Source: Spirochaetia bacterium (GTDB lineage: Bacteria > Spirochaetota > Spirochaetia > SZUA-6 > Bin103). From it: a stretch of 64,000 bases of DNA. How positions within the stretch are numbered: the first letter of the stretch is position 1; every line of letters begins with the position of its first letter. Position numbers and translations under genes: made by a program. Location of the stretch: positions 32,001 through 96,000 of the forward strand of contig CBDBDQ010000005.1 of NCBI GenBank assembly GCA_965203905.1, in the 5' to 3' direction. The notes below the pieces were generated by a model. The model did no database searches. It saw only the letters and a list, made by a program, of their open reading frames with translations, and was not told the origin of the DNA. Below are positions 10,879 through 21,320 of this stretch, piece by piece.

Positions 10879-10907
10879 AAAATAGCACTACCTGCACCTT
10901 CGGTCAA
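10879..10907 (-). promoter_or_regulatory. sigma70 promoter of the tro operon
   Basis: Minus strand TTGACC-N17-TATTTT with a TGn extension. Confidence 0.65.
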
Positions 10908-10968
10908 GCGCCGCCAAGCACCGCTGCCCCAGGCCGCAGTCGGACGCGCATTGGTATATACTTCGGCG

Positions 10969-11397
10969 ATGCCGCGAGCGTTCTCCGTGGAAGCGACCAT
11001 CGCCAAGCCGGCACCCGATGTGTGGCAGGCTCTCACCGACTGGAGCAACGCCCATCGCTGGATGGCCGGCGTCGACCGGCTGCAGGCCGAAGGAGAGACG
11101 GCCCAGGGGACCCGCATCACCTTCCGTGCACGCGACCAGGACCGCACCTCCACCATCACCGACCTGCAACCGGGACGGCTGCTGGTGCTGCACTCGGAGC
11201 ATGGGGGCGTGAGCGCCGACTACGAGTACGCCGTCGAGGACCTCGGCGACGGCATCACACGGGTCAGACTGACCGCCGACTGCCACATGCACGGCTTGCC
11301 CTGGCGCATCCTGGCGCCGCTGATTCGGATGGCCATGAAGAAGACCGACGCCGGCCAGCTGGAAGCATTGAAGCAGCTTATCGAGAACGAGCGGTAA
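10969..11397 (+). CDS. SRPBCC (polyketide cyclase/START-like) family protein
   Basis: IAKPAPDVWQALTDWSNAHRW pattern and a C-terminal helix LEALKQLIE. TATACT lies 6 nt before the ATG. Confidence 0.85.
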   Translation: MPRAFSVEATIAKPAPDVWQALTDWSNAHRWMAGVDRLQAEGETAQGTRITFRARDQDRTSTITDLQPGRLLVLHSEHGGVSADYEYAVEDLGDGITRVRLTADCHMHGLPWRILAPLIRMAMKKTDAGQLEALKQLIENER

Positions 11398-11463
11398 CGC
11401 GGGTCGGCGGACAGTCCGCCCGGCCGGAAGCCCCGGGCACGGCGTCGGGGTGTGTGACCCGGG

Positions 11464-12384
11464 TCACCGGGTGGTCATGGCGGCTGGCGCCGGGGAGCGG
11501 CGCGTGCACCAGCCGCGGGGCAATGTCCGTCCCGGGCCCAGCGCGAGGAACGGAGGATTGTGCAGGTCGCGCTTGTTGTAGCGCAACGGGCGCCCGGTAC
11601 GGGCCTGCACGATGCGGCCGCCCACGGAACGCAGCAGGGCGTCTCCCGCCGCCGTGTCCCACTCCATCGTGGGACCGAAGCGCGGGTAGAAGTCGGCCTC
11701 GCCGGCCGCGATCAGACCCAGCTTGATGGCACTGCTCATGCGCCGCAACTCCACCCTGCCGTACGCCGCCCGCAGGGTCGCAATGACCCGCAGCGTGGAA
11801 GCTGAAAGGCGACTCCGGCTCGCCACCACCACCGGTCCGTCGCGTCGCGGCGTCGGTGGCACCAGTCGCTCGCCGCTCTCCGGCTGCAGCCCGCTGGCCC
11901 CCGCCCGGCGCAGCCGGCGCGCCCCCCAACCGACCACACCGTAGAACAGCTCGTCCCGCATCGGCGCGTAGATCACTCCGAGGCACGGCTCGCCCGCCAG
12001 GCAGAGCGCAACGTTGACCGAATACTCGGTGCCGCCGCGGATATAGTCCTTGGTGCCGTCCAGAGGATCCACCAGCCAGACCCGCTCCCAGCGCCGCCGC
12101 TGCACCTCGGAGGCGATGGCGCCTTCCTCGCTGACAATCGGGATTGCGCGGCAGCGTTCGGCCAGCTCCCGCTCGATGAGCACCTGTGCCTGCGTGTCCG
12201 CCTCGGTGACCGGCGTGGCGTCCGCCTTGTGCTGCACCGTCAGCGAGCCGCGCTGCAGCCGCCGCACCAGCGCCCCACCACGGACCGCCGCTCCCATGGC
12301 CGCCGCAAGCAACGGCACCAGTTGCTCAGCCGTGCGCACCGCCACGGGCGCCGCGTTCCCGGAAGGCTGTGATCCGCCGGACAC
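11464..12384 (-). CDS. cysQ: 3'(2'),5'-bisphosphate nucleotidase
   Basis: Motifs PVTEAD, SEE, WLVDPLDGTKDY and TMEWDTAAG. Confidence 0.92.
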   Translation of the reverse strand: MSGGSQPSGNAAPVAVRTAEQLVPLLAAAMGAAVRGGALVRRLQRGSLTVQHKADATPVTEADTQAQVLIERELAERCRAIPIVSEEGAIASEVQRRRWERVWLVDPLDGTKDYIRGGTEYSVNVALCLAGEPCLGVIYAPMRDELFYGVVGWGARRLRRAGASGLQPESGERLVPPTPRRDGPVVVASRSRLSASTLRVIATLRAAYGRVELRRMSSAIKLGLIAAGEADFYPRFGPTMEWDTAAGDALLRSVGGRIVQARTGRPLRYNKRDLHNPPFLALGPGRTLPRGWCTRRSPAPAAMTTR

Positions 12385-12392
12385 CGCCTGCG

Positions 12393-12420
12393 ATCATAGG
12401 CGCGATTGCCGCAGTGTCAA
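12393..12420 (-). promoter_or_regulatory. sigma70 promoter of cysQ
   Basis: TTGACA-N16-TATGAT on the minus strand, 8 nt before the GTG. Confidence 0.6.
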
Positions 12421-12492
12421 GGCGAATCGGGTAGACGCTGGTAGACGCACGTGGAATATGAGCGTAGCTTGTCCCTGGGGGGGAACAGCGAC

Positions 12493-14358
12493 ATGTGCGG
12501 AATAGTGGGTTACGTGGGACCGCGTCCCGCCGCCGGAATCCTGCTGACCGGGTTGCGGCGGCTGGAGTACCGCGGCTACGACTCGGCGGGAATCACCACC
12601 CTGAGCGATGGAGCGTTGTACCGCCGCCGCGCCGTCGGCGAAGTGGACGCCCTGGTGCGGGCGGTCGGTGGCGATCTCCTTACCAACGGCGGCGCCTGCC
12701 CCGGCACCACCGGCATTGCCCACACCCGCTGGGCCACCCACGGCGCACCCACCGAACGCAACGCGCATCCACATCTGGACGCCGGCGGGCACCTCGCCGT
12801 GGTCCACAACGGTATCATCGAAAACCACCGCTCGATCCGTGCGTTTCTGACCGAGCAGGGCATCGAGCCGACCAGCGACACGGACACCGAAACGCTGGCG
12901 CAGCTCATCGGCTTTCTCTACGACGGCGGCGGCAACGGCGAGTCGGGAGACCTGTTGGCGGCGGTACGGCGGGCGCTGCGCGACGTGCGCGGCACCTTCG
13001 GCATCGTGGTAGTGAGCCGCGACCACCCGGACCAGCTGATCGCCGCCCGGCGCGGCAGCCCGGTGCTGGTGGGTATCGGTGACGGCGAGCACGTGGTGGC
13101 CTCCGACGGCGCGGCGGTCATCGAGCACACGCGGCGCGTCGTCTACCTGGAGGACAACGAGATCGCGCTGCTGACGCGGGACCGACTGCGGGCCATGACC
13201 ATCGACGACATCCCCCTCACCAAGAGCGTCAGCACCCTCGAGGCGCGCCTGGAAGAGATCGAGCTCGGCGGCCACCGCCACCACATGATCAAGGAGATCT
13301 ACGAGCAGCCGGCCGCGTTGCGCAACACCTTGCGCGGACGTATCAACGCCGCCGAGGGTTCGGTGCTGTTGGGCGGTCTGGCTGACCGCGAGCGTGAACT
13401 GGCACGCTACAGCCGCGTCATCCTGACCGGCTGCGGCACCGCCTGGCATGCCGGGCTGGTCGGGGAGTACCTGTTCGAGGAACTGGTGCGGGTGCCTACG
13501 GAAGTCGAATACGCGAGCGAACTGCGCTATCGCAATCCCATCGTTCCGCGCAACACCCTGGCCGTCATCCTCAGTCAATCGGGAGAAACCGCGGACACCC
13601 TGGCCGCGCTGCGAGAATTGCAGCTCAAGGGAGCGACCACCCTGGGCATCGTCAACGTCGTCGGATCCACCATCGCCCGCGAGACGGACGCTGGCGTGTA
13701 CCTGCACGTGGGTCCCGAGATCGGTGTCGCCAGCACCAAGGCATTCACCGGCCAAGTGGCGGTGCTGGCGCTGCTCGCCATCAGCATGGGCCGGCGGCGC
13801 CACCTGTCCGGGGAGCGCACCACGGAGTTGCTGCGCGAGCTCAACGCGATCCCCCCCAAGCTGGAAAAGATCTTCGCCATGGCGGACGCCATTCGCGACC
13901 TGACCGAGCGCTACGTCGAGCGCGAGAACTGGCTCTATCTGGGCCGCGGCGTCAACTATCCGGTGGCCCTCGAAGGCGCCCTCAAGCTCAAGGAGATCAG
14001 TTACATCCACGCCGAGGGGCTGCCGGCCGCGGAAATGAAGCACGGCCCGATCGCGCTCATCGACCGCGGCATGCCGGTGGTGGTGGTGGCGCCGCACGAC
14101 CACACCTACGACAAGGTGATCGCCAATATCGAGGAAGTGAAAGGCCGCCGCGGCAGCATCATCGCCATCGCCACCGAAGGCGACGACTATCTGGCACAGC
14201 TCGCCGACGCGGTGATCTACGTGCCGAAGACCAACCCCTTGTTGTCGCCGCTCGTGACCACGGTGCCATTGCAGCTCATGGCCTACTACGCGGCGGTAGC
14301 GCGTGGCCACAACGTCGACCGCCCGCGCAACCTCGCGAAGAGCGTAACGGTCGAGTGA
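12493..14358 (+). CDS. glmS: Glutamine--fructose-6-phosphate aminotransferase
   Basis: MCGIVG N-terminus (catalytic Cys), HTRWATHG, SQSGET and the C-terminal RNLAKSVTVE. Confidence 0.98.
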   Translation: MCGIVGYVGPRPAAGILLTGLRRLEYRGYDSAGITTLSDGALYRRRAVGEVDALVRAVGGDLLTNGGACPGTTGIAHTRWATHGAPTERNAHPHLDAGGHLAVVHNGIIENHRSIRAFLTEQGIEPTSDTDTETLAQLIGFLYDGGGNGESGDLLAAVRRALRDVRGTFGIVVVSRDHPDQLIAARRGSPVLVGIGDGEHVVASDGAAVIEHTRRVVYLEDNEIALLTRDRLRAMTIDDIPLTKSVSTLEARLEEIELGGHRHHMIKEIYEQPAALRNTLRGRINAAEGSVLLGGLADRERELARYSRVILTGCGTAWHAGLVGEYLFEELVRVPTEVEYASELRYRNPIVPRNTLAVILSQSGETADTLAALRELQLKGATTLGIVNVVGSTIARETDAGVYLHVGPEIGVASTKAFTGQVAVLALLAISMGRRRHLSGERTTELLRELNAIPPKLEKIFAMADAIRDLTERYVERENWLYLGRGVNYPVALEGALKLKEISYIHAEGLPAAEMKHGPIALIDRGMPVVVVAPHDHTYDKVIANIEEVKGRRGSIIAIATEGDDYLAQLADAVIYVPKTNPLLSPLVTTVPLQLMAYYAAVARGHNVDRPRNLAKSVTVE

Positions 14359-14361
14359 CCG

Positions 14362-15738
14362 TTACGGTCGGATGAGGCGGCGCGGCTCCAGCGGCGCCCG
14401 TCCCGCGACCGCGGTGCGGGCATGGCCGCGACGCGCGCGGGCAAGACCGATGTTGGCCAGCAGGCCGATACCGATCAGCGCCGTCCACAGCGACGACCCG
14501 CCGTAGGAGACCAGCATCAGCGGAATCCCCGTGATCGGCAGGACACCCATGGCCATGCCCACGTTCACCACCGTGTGGAACAGCAGCATGGCCACTACCC
14601 CGGCTGCCACCAGGGTAGCGAACTCGTCGCCCGCGGCGTACATGATCACGATGCCGCGGGCGATCACCACGGCGAACAGCACCAGAACCAGCATGCCGCC
14701 GAGAAACCCGGACTCCTCGGCGAGAATGGAGAAGATGAAATCGGTGCTCTGCTGCGGCAGATAGCGGAGGTGGCTCTGGGTGCCCTGCAGAAAGCCGGTG
14801 CCGGAGAGCCCACCCGCGCCGACCGCCGTGACCGACTGGATGATGTTCCAGCCGGCGCCGCGCGGATCCACCCAGGGATTCACGAAGATGACCAGGCGCA
14901 TGATCTGGTACTCCTTGAGCACCACGGACATGAGCAGGCCGCCGGCGACCGCCACCCCGAGCAGCGCCGCTCCATACATCAGCCAATAGTAGTAGGCACG
15001 GTGGAACAGCCGTTGTCCCACCGCCGCCAGGGCCGCTACCAGGCCCAGTACCAGCAGCGTGTAGCGGGCCACGCCGACGTCGGTGATCATGCGCCAGAAA
15101 CCGGGCTCGGCCGCCGCCCGCAGGCGCTGCACCGCCGGAATCGCGGCGAATACTATGATCAGCAGCGCCACCAGGCCCACGAACAGCAGGTGGCGAATGC
15201 GGGCGCCGGCGATCAGTGCCATCACCAGAAAGATCGGGAAGTAGACCATGCCGGTCCCCATGTCCGGCTGCAGCAGGATCAGTCCCATCGGTGCGGCCAC
15301 TACCAGCAGGGCCAGGAGAAATCGCGGCAGCTCCGCAATGCCGTTGCCGATCTCCGACAGGTACGCCGCCAGGAACAGGATCGTCGCCAGCTTGGCGAAC
15401 TCGGAGGGCTGGATTCCCAGGTCTCCGATGCCCAACCACGAACGCGCCCCGTTTACCTCGCGGCCCAACAGCAGGGTAAGCACCAGGAGCGCCAGTGCCC
15501 CCAGGAAGACATAGGGAGTACGTGGCTTGTACTTCTGGTGGTTGTTGACCGCGAACAGCGCCAGCAGCATGCAGCCGCTGCCCGCCCAGACGATCTGCTT
15601 GAGCCACTCATTGGACACCGACTCGCCGGCCGAGTTGACGCCGCTGGAGTACACGAACAGGATGCCGATGGCTATCAGGGTCAAACTCGCCAGGAGCAGA
15701 ATCGGATCCAGTGCACGCAGGCTGCCACGGCCGCTCAC
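14362..15738 (-). CDS. rodA: Rod shape-determining protein RodA
   Basis: IQPSEFAK, QPDMGT, TDFIFS.LAEE and ITGIPLMLVSYGGSS; follows mrdA. Confidence 0.95.
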   Translation of the reverse strand: MSGRGSLRALDPILLLASLTLIAIGILFVYSSGVNSAGESVSNEWLKQIVWAGSGCMLLALFAVNNHQKYKPRTPYVFLGALALLVLTLLLGREVNGARSWLGIGDLGIQPSEFAKLATILFLAAYLSEIGNGIAELPRFLLALLVVAAPMGLILLQPDMGTGMVYFPIFLVMALIAGARIRHLLFVGLVALLIIVFAAIPAVQRLRAAAEPGFWRMITDVGVARYTLLVLGLVAALAAVGQRLFHRAYYYWLMYGAALLGVAVAGGLLMSVVLKEYQIMRLVIFVNPWVDPRGAGWNIIQSVTAVGAGGLSGTGFLQGTQSHLRYLPQQSTDFIFSILAEESGFLGGMLVLVLFAVVIARGIVIMYAAGDEFATLVAAGVVAMLLFHTVVNVGMAMGVLPITGIPLMLVSYGGSSLWTALIGIGLLANIGLARARRGHARTAVAGRAPLEPRRLIRP

Positions 15739-17708
15739 GGTGCGGCGCTCCCGTCCGCAACGGCGGACTCGCTCCCGTCCGCTACGGCGGACTCGGGGCT
15801 GTCGGCCGGCGCGGCCTCGTCGGCCCCATCCTCCGCGGGAGGTTGCAGCGGGTTGAACACCGCCTCACCATACCACGGCTTGAGATAGGCCACCGCCTCG
15901 GGCACCGTCTGCCCCGTGAAGGCCGCGTGGAAGATCAGGTTGGCGGCCTTCGGCGCCCACCACTCCCACAGGTTGACCGCCTCCACCATCACCACGACGA
16001 CGATCTGCTCCAGAGGGTCCGCCGCGTCGTAGGGGCCGTAGGCCGCAAACCAGGAGTGATAGTGGTCTTCGATCCCCACCTCGCCGGTACCGGTCTTGCC
16101 GGCCACCGCCACGGCATCCGTGGTCATCACCGGCAGCGCCGTTCCGTCCGTTACCACCAGGCGCATCGCCTCGCGCACGAACGCCAGCGTCTCATCGCTG
16201 ATGTCCGAAGTGTGAATCGGTTCGCGCTCGGTTCGAGACACGATCTCGCCGCTGCCCCCGTCCCGAATCTCCTTTACCACGTGCGGCCGGTAGATCACAC
16301 CGTCGTTGACCACCAGGGCAACCAGGTTGGCAAGCTGCAGCGGGGTCACCGTGATGTAGCCCTGCCCGATGGAGAGGTTGACGGTATCGCCGCCGACCCA
16401 GGGCTCGCCGTGCTCGCGACGCTTCCAGTCCGGCGTGGGCACGTTCCCGACCGCTTCCCCCGGAAGGTCGATGCCGGAGGCCGCGCCGAGACCGAATTCG
16501 CGCGCGTAGTGCGCGATGCTGGTTATCCCCAGAGCCGAGCCGGCGCGGTAGAAGTAGACGTCGCACGACTGCGCCAAGGCGTCATCCAGATCGATCGGGC
16601 CGTGGCCCTCCTTTACCCAGTCCTTGAATATGCGATCGCCGTACACCAGGAAGCCCTCGCAGCGGATTCGATAGTTGCGGCTGAAGGTTCCTTCCTCCTC
16701 GATGGCCGCCGTCATGAGAATCTTGAATACGCTGGCCGGGGCATAGGCGGAGCGAATGGCGCGGTTGACGAAGGGAAACGAAGGATCCGCGGCCAAGGCG
16801 CGGAACGCGGCAGCGCCGCCGTCGCCGATGAAGGTCTGCGGATCGAACCATGGATATGACACCATCGCCAGGATCGCACCGGTCGCCGGCTGCAGCGCCA
16901 CCACCGACCCGATGCGCGGTCCCAGCGCCTCCTGTGCGGCACGTTGCAGGTCCCAGTCGATGGTCAGCACCACGTCCCTTCCCGGCTGCGGCGCGGCCGC
17001 CGTCTGCCAGATCTCGGACACCGCCCGCTCGCGGACGTCGACGGTGCGGTGGCCGATACCGTCCACCCCGCGCAATTCGTCCTCGTACTGCTTCTCCACT
17101 CCGCTCTTGCCCAAGGTGCTGTCCACTGCGTAACCCTGGTTGAACAGCACCTGCAGTTCTTCGCGGGTAATGTCGCCCACGTAACCGGTGACGTGCGCCA
17201 GGGCGCCGATGGCCCCGTAGTCGCGGGCAGGCTCGCTATGCCAGGTAACGCCGGGAAACGAGTCGATCTGTTCTGCGAGGGTGGCGATGGTGGCGAAATC
17301 GACGTGGCGCTTCAGCTCGATGGGACGGAACAGGTGGCGCTGGTGTCTCGGGATACGGGCGGCCAGCTGTTGCGGCGTCATGTTGAGGTGCGCGCCCAGC
17401 CGTTCCAACAGCTGCGGCAGGTCCGCCGCCGGCACCTCTCCCGGGATCAGGTCCACCGAGAATGCCGGTCGATTGGTCACCAGCGGCAGCGTGTAGCTAC
17501 GTTCGAAGATCTTGCCCCGCTGGGCGGGAATGGCGACCTCGCGCCGCGCCACGTCGATGGCCAGGTTGCGAAACTCCACACCGCGCACCACCTGCAGCAG
17601 GTACAGGTAGCCGGCAATGAGAGCGAAGACGGCTCCGGTCGCCACCGCCAGACCGATCGCACGGCGCCTGAGCATGGGAGTCGGCGCAGAGCCGGACCGG
17701 TCACTCAC
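15735..17708 (-). CDS. mrdA: Penicillin-binding protein 2
   Basis: SVFK (SxxK), SCD and KTGT motifs; N-terminal TM anchor; mre operon context. Confidence 0.95.
   Translation of the reverse strand: MSDRSGSAPTPMLRRRAIGLAVATGAVFALIAGYLYLLQVVRGVEFRNLAIDVARREVAIPAQRGKIFERSYTLPLVTNRPAFSVDLIPGEVPAADLPQLLERLGAHLNMTPQQLAARIPRHQRHLFRPIELKRHVDFATIATLAEQIDSFPGVTWHSEPARDYGAIGALAHVTGYVGDITREELQVLFNQGYAVDSTLGKSGVEKQYEDELRGVDGIGHRTVDVRERAVSEIWQTAAAPQPGRDVVLTIDWDLQRAAQEALGPRIGSVVALQPATGAILAMVSYPWFDPQTFIGDGGAAAFRALAADPSFPFVNRAIRSAYAPASVFKILMTAAIEEEGTFSRNYRIRCEGFLVYGDRIFKDWVKEGHGPIDLDDALAQSCDVYFYRAGSALGITSIAHYAREFGLGAASGIDLPGEAVGNVPTPDWKRREHGEPWVGGDTVNLSIGQGYITVTPLQLANLVALVVNDGVIYRPHVVKEIRDGGSGEIVSRTEREPIHTSDISDETLAFVREAMRLVVTDGTALPVMTTDAVAVAGKTGTGEVGIEDHYHSWFAAYGPYDAADPLEQIVVVVMVEAVNLWEWWAPKAANLIFHAAFTGQTVPEAVAYLKPWYGEAVFNPLQPPAEDGADEAAPADSPESAVADGSESAVADGSAAP
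15747..15794. repeat. 24-bp tandem duplication in the mrdA tail
   Basis: gctcccgtccgc(a/t)acggcggactc twice, encoding ESAVADGS twice. Confidence 0.85.
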
Positions 17709-18214
17709 GAGCTCGCCTCACGCTTTGACGGCCGCAGCAGGCGCACCCGCCCCAGCAGCGCAAACAGGAACGGCGCCAGCACCGCGCTGTACGCCGCCTC
17801 GATCCAGAACCTCCCCTCCAACAGGTGCAGATCGGGGTGAATATCGAAAACCAGCCCCAGGAACGCACTCGCCAAACCCTTGACCACCGACGCGCCGAGA
17901 ATGAGCACCGGCACCGCAATGGCGCTCGTGCGTATCAGTCCATGCAGCATCCCGCTGCTGAAACCTACCAGGGTCCGTACCAGGGCATGGAACCCGAGCG
18001 GTGCCAAGCTTACCAGATCCTCCAGCAAGCCACCGGCAAACCCCGCAATCTGGCCGCTCATGGAACCGCGCCGCAGCGCCAGGAACACCAGCAGGATCAG
18101 CAGCAGATCGGGCGTGACACCGCGCACCGCCACGATGCCGAGCACCGTGGTCTGCAGCAGAACCACCACCCCCATCAGCAGGATGATAAAGACGACAGGT
18201 CGATGAGCACCCAA
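17705..18214 (-). CDS. mreD: Rod shape-determining protein MreD
   Basis: PDLLLILLV...GFAGGLLEDL...LG motif; between mreC and mrdA. Confidence 0.92.
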   Translation of the reverse strand: MGAHRPVVFIILLMGVVVLLQTTVLGIVAVRGVTPDLLLILLVFLALRRGSMSGQIAGFAGGLLEDLVSLAPLGFHALVRTLVGFSSGMLHGLIRTSAIAVPVLILGASVVKGLASAFLGLVFDIHPDLHLLEGRFWIEAAYSAVLAPFLFALLGRVRLLRPSKREASS

Positions 18215-18229
18215 CGATCGCCGCCGCGG

Positions 18230-19099
18230 TCAGCGCCGCCCCTCGGGGATGATCACGAACACGTATTCCAGCCGCGAGACGTCGATCAGGGGTTCCACCA
18301 GGAGGTCCACCGAATTCTGGTAGGTCTCGGCCCGCAGCTCCCGCACCCTTCCGATCTGCAGACCGCGCGGGAACACGCCGCCGAGTCCGGAAGTGATGAT
18401 CAGCTCTCCCGGTACGATCTGGTCCCGCGCCGCGCTGTTGACGTGGCGCATCAGCAGAGTAGCGCTCCCGGATCCACGCCCCTGCACCAGTCCGTCGTAG
18501 CGCAGCTCCTGCAGCCGGGCGGCCACGAACGACGCTCGGCCGCTGATCGGCTGCACCAGCGAGGTCGCAGCATCCGCCTCGGCTACCCTCCCCACCAGGC
18601 CCTCCAGGCCGTCCTGCAGGGCGACTACGGACATTCCGGCATGCACGCCATGGCGCGTCCCCCGGTTGATGGTAAAGGTGGTGAACAGGCTGCCCGGATC
18701 GCGGGCGGTCACCTCCGCGGAGACGGTGCGATAGGAGGTGCGGGGAGAAAACGCAAGCTGCCGGCGCAGCTCGGCGTACTGGTGCTCCAGCTCCGCCAGG
18801 TCGGCGGCAACCTGCTCCAGCTCCAGGAGCCGCTGCCGCGCCGCGGTCAGCTCCAGGCGCATACGGCGCAGTTCCGCAATGGCATTCCAGGAACCGTCGA
18901 AGAACCGCCCCACATCGTGCAGCGTCGACTGCAACGCGCCGAACACCCTGCGGCCGATCTGTTCCGGCTTGGCCGTGGCCGGCCGGTGGGTAAGGCCAAC
19001 CATGACGGTGCCGAGCGCGAGCAGCGCAACCAGCAGCACGCCGGTGCGGTGACGCGACACGAAGGCGCCGACCGACGGCTGACTCCCGGTGGCTACCAC
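18230..19099 (-). CDS. mreC: Rod shape-determining protein MreC
   Basis: TM plus coiled coil, INRGTRHGV and ITSGLGGVFPRGLQIG. Confidence 0.93.
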   Translation of the reverse strand: MVATGSQPSVGAFVSRHRTGVLLVALLALGTVMVGLTHRPATAKPEQIGRRVFGALQSTLHDVGRFFDGSWNAIAELRRMRLELTAARQRLLELEQVAADLAELEHQYAELRRQLAFSPRTSYRTVSAEVTARDPGSLFTTFTINRGTRHGVHAGMSVVALQDGLEGLVGRVAEADAATSLVQPISGRASFVAARLQELRYDGLVQGRGSGSATLLMRHVNSAARDQIVPGELIITSGLGGVFPRGLQIGRVRELRAETYQNSVDLLVEPLIDVSRLEYVFVIIPEGRR

Positions 19100-19254
19100 G
19101 AAGTCCCGACTGAGAGCAGCTAACAGCCGGCGCTGGAGCCCGGCGTCGCACCGGGAGCGGCGCGGCGACCGGCGGGCAAGGCGCGACGGACGAGCATATC
19201 AGCCAGCCGCGACGGATCGTCACTCGAATGCTGTCGGAATTTCCCCACGGGCGG

Positions 19255-20280
19255 CTAATTGCGGTAGTTGAAATACTTGCGATCGCGGTCGCGCATGCTC
19301 TCCAGAAACCGACCCGCGCCCAGCGCCACGCACAGCAGCGGATTCTCCGCTACCGCCACGGGCACACCCGTTTCCTGCTGGATCAGGCTGGGCAACCCCT
19401 TCAGCAGCGATCCGCCGCCAGTCATCATGATGCCACGCTCGATGATGTCCGCCGCCAACTCGGGAGGAGTCTTGCCCAGGTTGCGCTTGATCTCGTCGAC
19501 TACCGAGTTGGTTATCTCGGTGAGCGACTCGCGTATCTCTACCGAGTCCACCTCCAGACGGCGCGGCAGGCCGGTAATGGCGTCGCGGCCCATGATCTCC
19601 ATCTTCTCGATCTTCTTGTCGGGGGCGGCGTTACCGATGTTTATCTTGACGTTTTCGGCAGTCTCGTTGCCGATGATCAGGTTGTGTACCGAGCGCACGT
19701 GCTTGATGATGGCTTCGTCGAACTCGTCACCGCCGATTCGAATCGCGCTCGACACCACCATGCCGCCGAGCGAGATCACCGACACCTCGGTGGTTCCCCC
19801 GCCGATATCGCACACCATGTGACCGGCCGGCTCCAGGAACGGGATGTCGGCACCGATCGCGGCGGCCATCGACTCTTCGATGAGATACACTTCGCGGGCG
19901 CCCGCCTGCTCGGCGCTTTCCCGCACCGCGCGCCGCTCCACCTCCGTGATGCTGGTGGGGATGCCGATTACCATGCGCGGCTTCACCAGCCAGCGCCGCT
20001 GGGTGACCGTGTTGATGAAGTAGCGGATCATCTTCTCGGTGTGCTCCAAGTCGGCTATCACGCCGTCCTGCAGCGGACGGATGGCCGCAATGTCCTCGGG
20101 CGTCTTCCACAGCATCCGCTTGGCTTCCTTGCCCACCGCCACTACGCTCTTGGTGCTCTTCTCCACCGCCACCACCGATGGCTCGGAGAGCACGATGCCC
20201 TTGCCCTTGACGTGCACCAACGTGTTGCAGGTGCCGAGGTCGATGCCGATGTCCATCGCCAAGTTGCCGAATATGCTCAC
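19255..20280 (-). CDS. mreB: Actin-like protein MreB
   Basis: [15 protein letters not shown] and TGGGSLL. Confidence 0.98.
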   Translation of the reverse strand: MSIFGNLAMDIGIDLGTCNTLVHVKGKGIVLSEPSVVAVEKSTKSVVAVGKEAKRMLWKTPEDIAAIRPLQDGVIADLEHTEKMIRYFINTVTQRRWLVKPRMVIGIPTSITEVERRAVRESAEQAGAREVYLIEESMAAAIGADIPFLEPAGHMVCDIGGGTTEVSVISLGGMVVSSAIRIGGDEFDEAIIKHVRSVHNLIIGNETAENVKINIGNAAPDKKIEKMEIMGRDAITGLPRRLEVDSVEIRESLTEITNSVVDEIKRNLGKTPPELAADIIERGIMMTGGGSLLKGLPSLIQQETGVPVAVAENPLLCVALGAGRFLESMRDRDRKYFNYRN

Positions 20281-20289
20281 TCTGGTCTC

Positions 20290-21252
20290 CTAACCACGTA
20301 GCCGCAGGTTGGCCCCGTGATGCTGTTGGTCAATATTTCGCGCCCGCCGCCATTCGGCACGCGCCCCCGCGACATTGCCCAGCCCCGCGTAGGCATCACC
20401 CAGAAACAGGTGCGCATCCGCCGAACCGGGAGCGAGGTCCAGTATCCGGCGGTATTGCTCGCCCGCGTCCGCATAACGGCCCCCCTGCAATAGTAACGCT
20501 CCCAGCATGAATCGCGCACGGATTTCCAGTGCCTCGTCACCGGCACCGGCCGCCGCCAGAAAGTGCCGTTCCGCCTCCTGGTCCTCCCCGAGCCGCTTGA
20601 GCAACTGACCGACCGACAGGTAGAGAAGGCCGCTGGGACGGCGCTGCAAGGCGCTGCGGAAGTGCTCGATTCCGCTTTCCGGTGAGCCGGACCGTACCAG
20701 GGCCATGCCCAGGTATTCGTGGGTATCGGCCCCATCGTAACCCTGCTCCACGGACTCGGAGAGGAAGCGAATCGCGAGATCGTAGAAGTAGGGGCCCCTG
20801 TGGTAGTAGGCCTTGCCGAGCACATACGCCGCCTCGCTACGAAACCGCAACTCGCCACTGAGGCGAGCACGTCGCAACGCGATGATCGCCTGATCCAGTC
20901 GCGGGGCCGGATCTGCCCGGTCCGTCTCGGCCAGCGCCAGATAGAAGTGGGCGATACCGCGGAACAGCAGCGCTTCGGCATCCAGCGGCCGTTGTGCCAG
21001 CACCTCCGCGCTACGACTGAGCACCTCGGCATAGCTGCCCTCGTTGGACAGCTCCAGCAACGCCGGCTGCCGACTCGGAAACACCGCTTCCGGAAGGCTC
21101 CAGGGCGCGCCGAAGATCGCCACCGCCGCTACCCCCAGACCTGCAACGCCTGCCACCAGAAGCGGCAGCCGCCGCCCCCAGGACTGACGCGGTCGAGTGT
21201 ATTGGTACCGCTGCAGGCGGAAATCGCTACGTCTGACCGACCCGCGCGCCAC
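20290..21252 (-). CDS. Membrane-anchored tetratricopeptide repeat protein
   Basis: N-terminal TM followed by TPR-like helices (LGKAYY, LGDAY); immediately upstream of mreB. Confidence 0.85.
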   Translation of the reverse strand: MARGSVRRSDFRLQRYQYTRPRQSWGRRLPLLVAGVAGLGVAAVAIFGAPWSLPEAVFPSRQPALLELSNEGSYAEVLSRSAEVLAQRPLDAEALLFRGIAHFYLALAETDRADPAPRLDQAIIALRRARLSGELRFRSEAAYVLGKAYYHRGPYFYDLAIRFLSESVEQGYDGADTHEYLGMALVRSGSPESGIEHFRSALQRRPSGLLYLSVGQLLKRLGEDQEAERHFLAAAGAGDEALEIRARFMLGALLLQGGRYADAGEQYRRILDLAPGSADAHLFLGDAYAGLGNVAGARAEWRRARNIDQQHHGANLRLRG

Positions 21253-21320
21253 GCCTCCTACCCCCGACCCGAGAATGCCAGCCGGCAGACGATACCAGGG
21301 TACAACCTGCCATCGTTTTC

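Noticed and set aside
12385-12492. glmS ribozyme upstream of glmS
   Set aside because: The gap is only about 108 bp, is shared with the cysQ promoter, and shows no recognisable ribozyme core.
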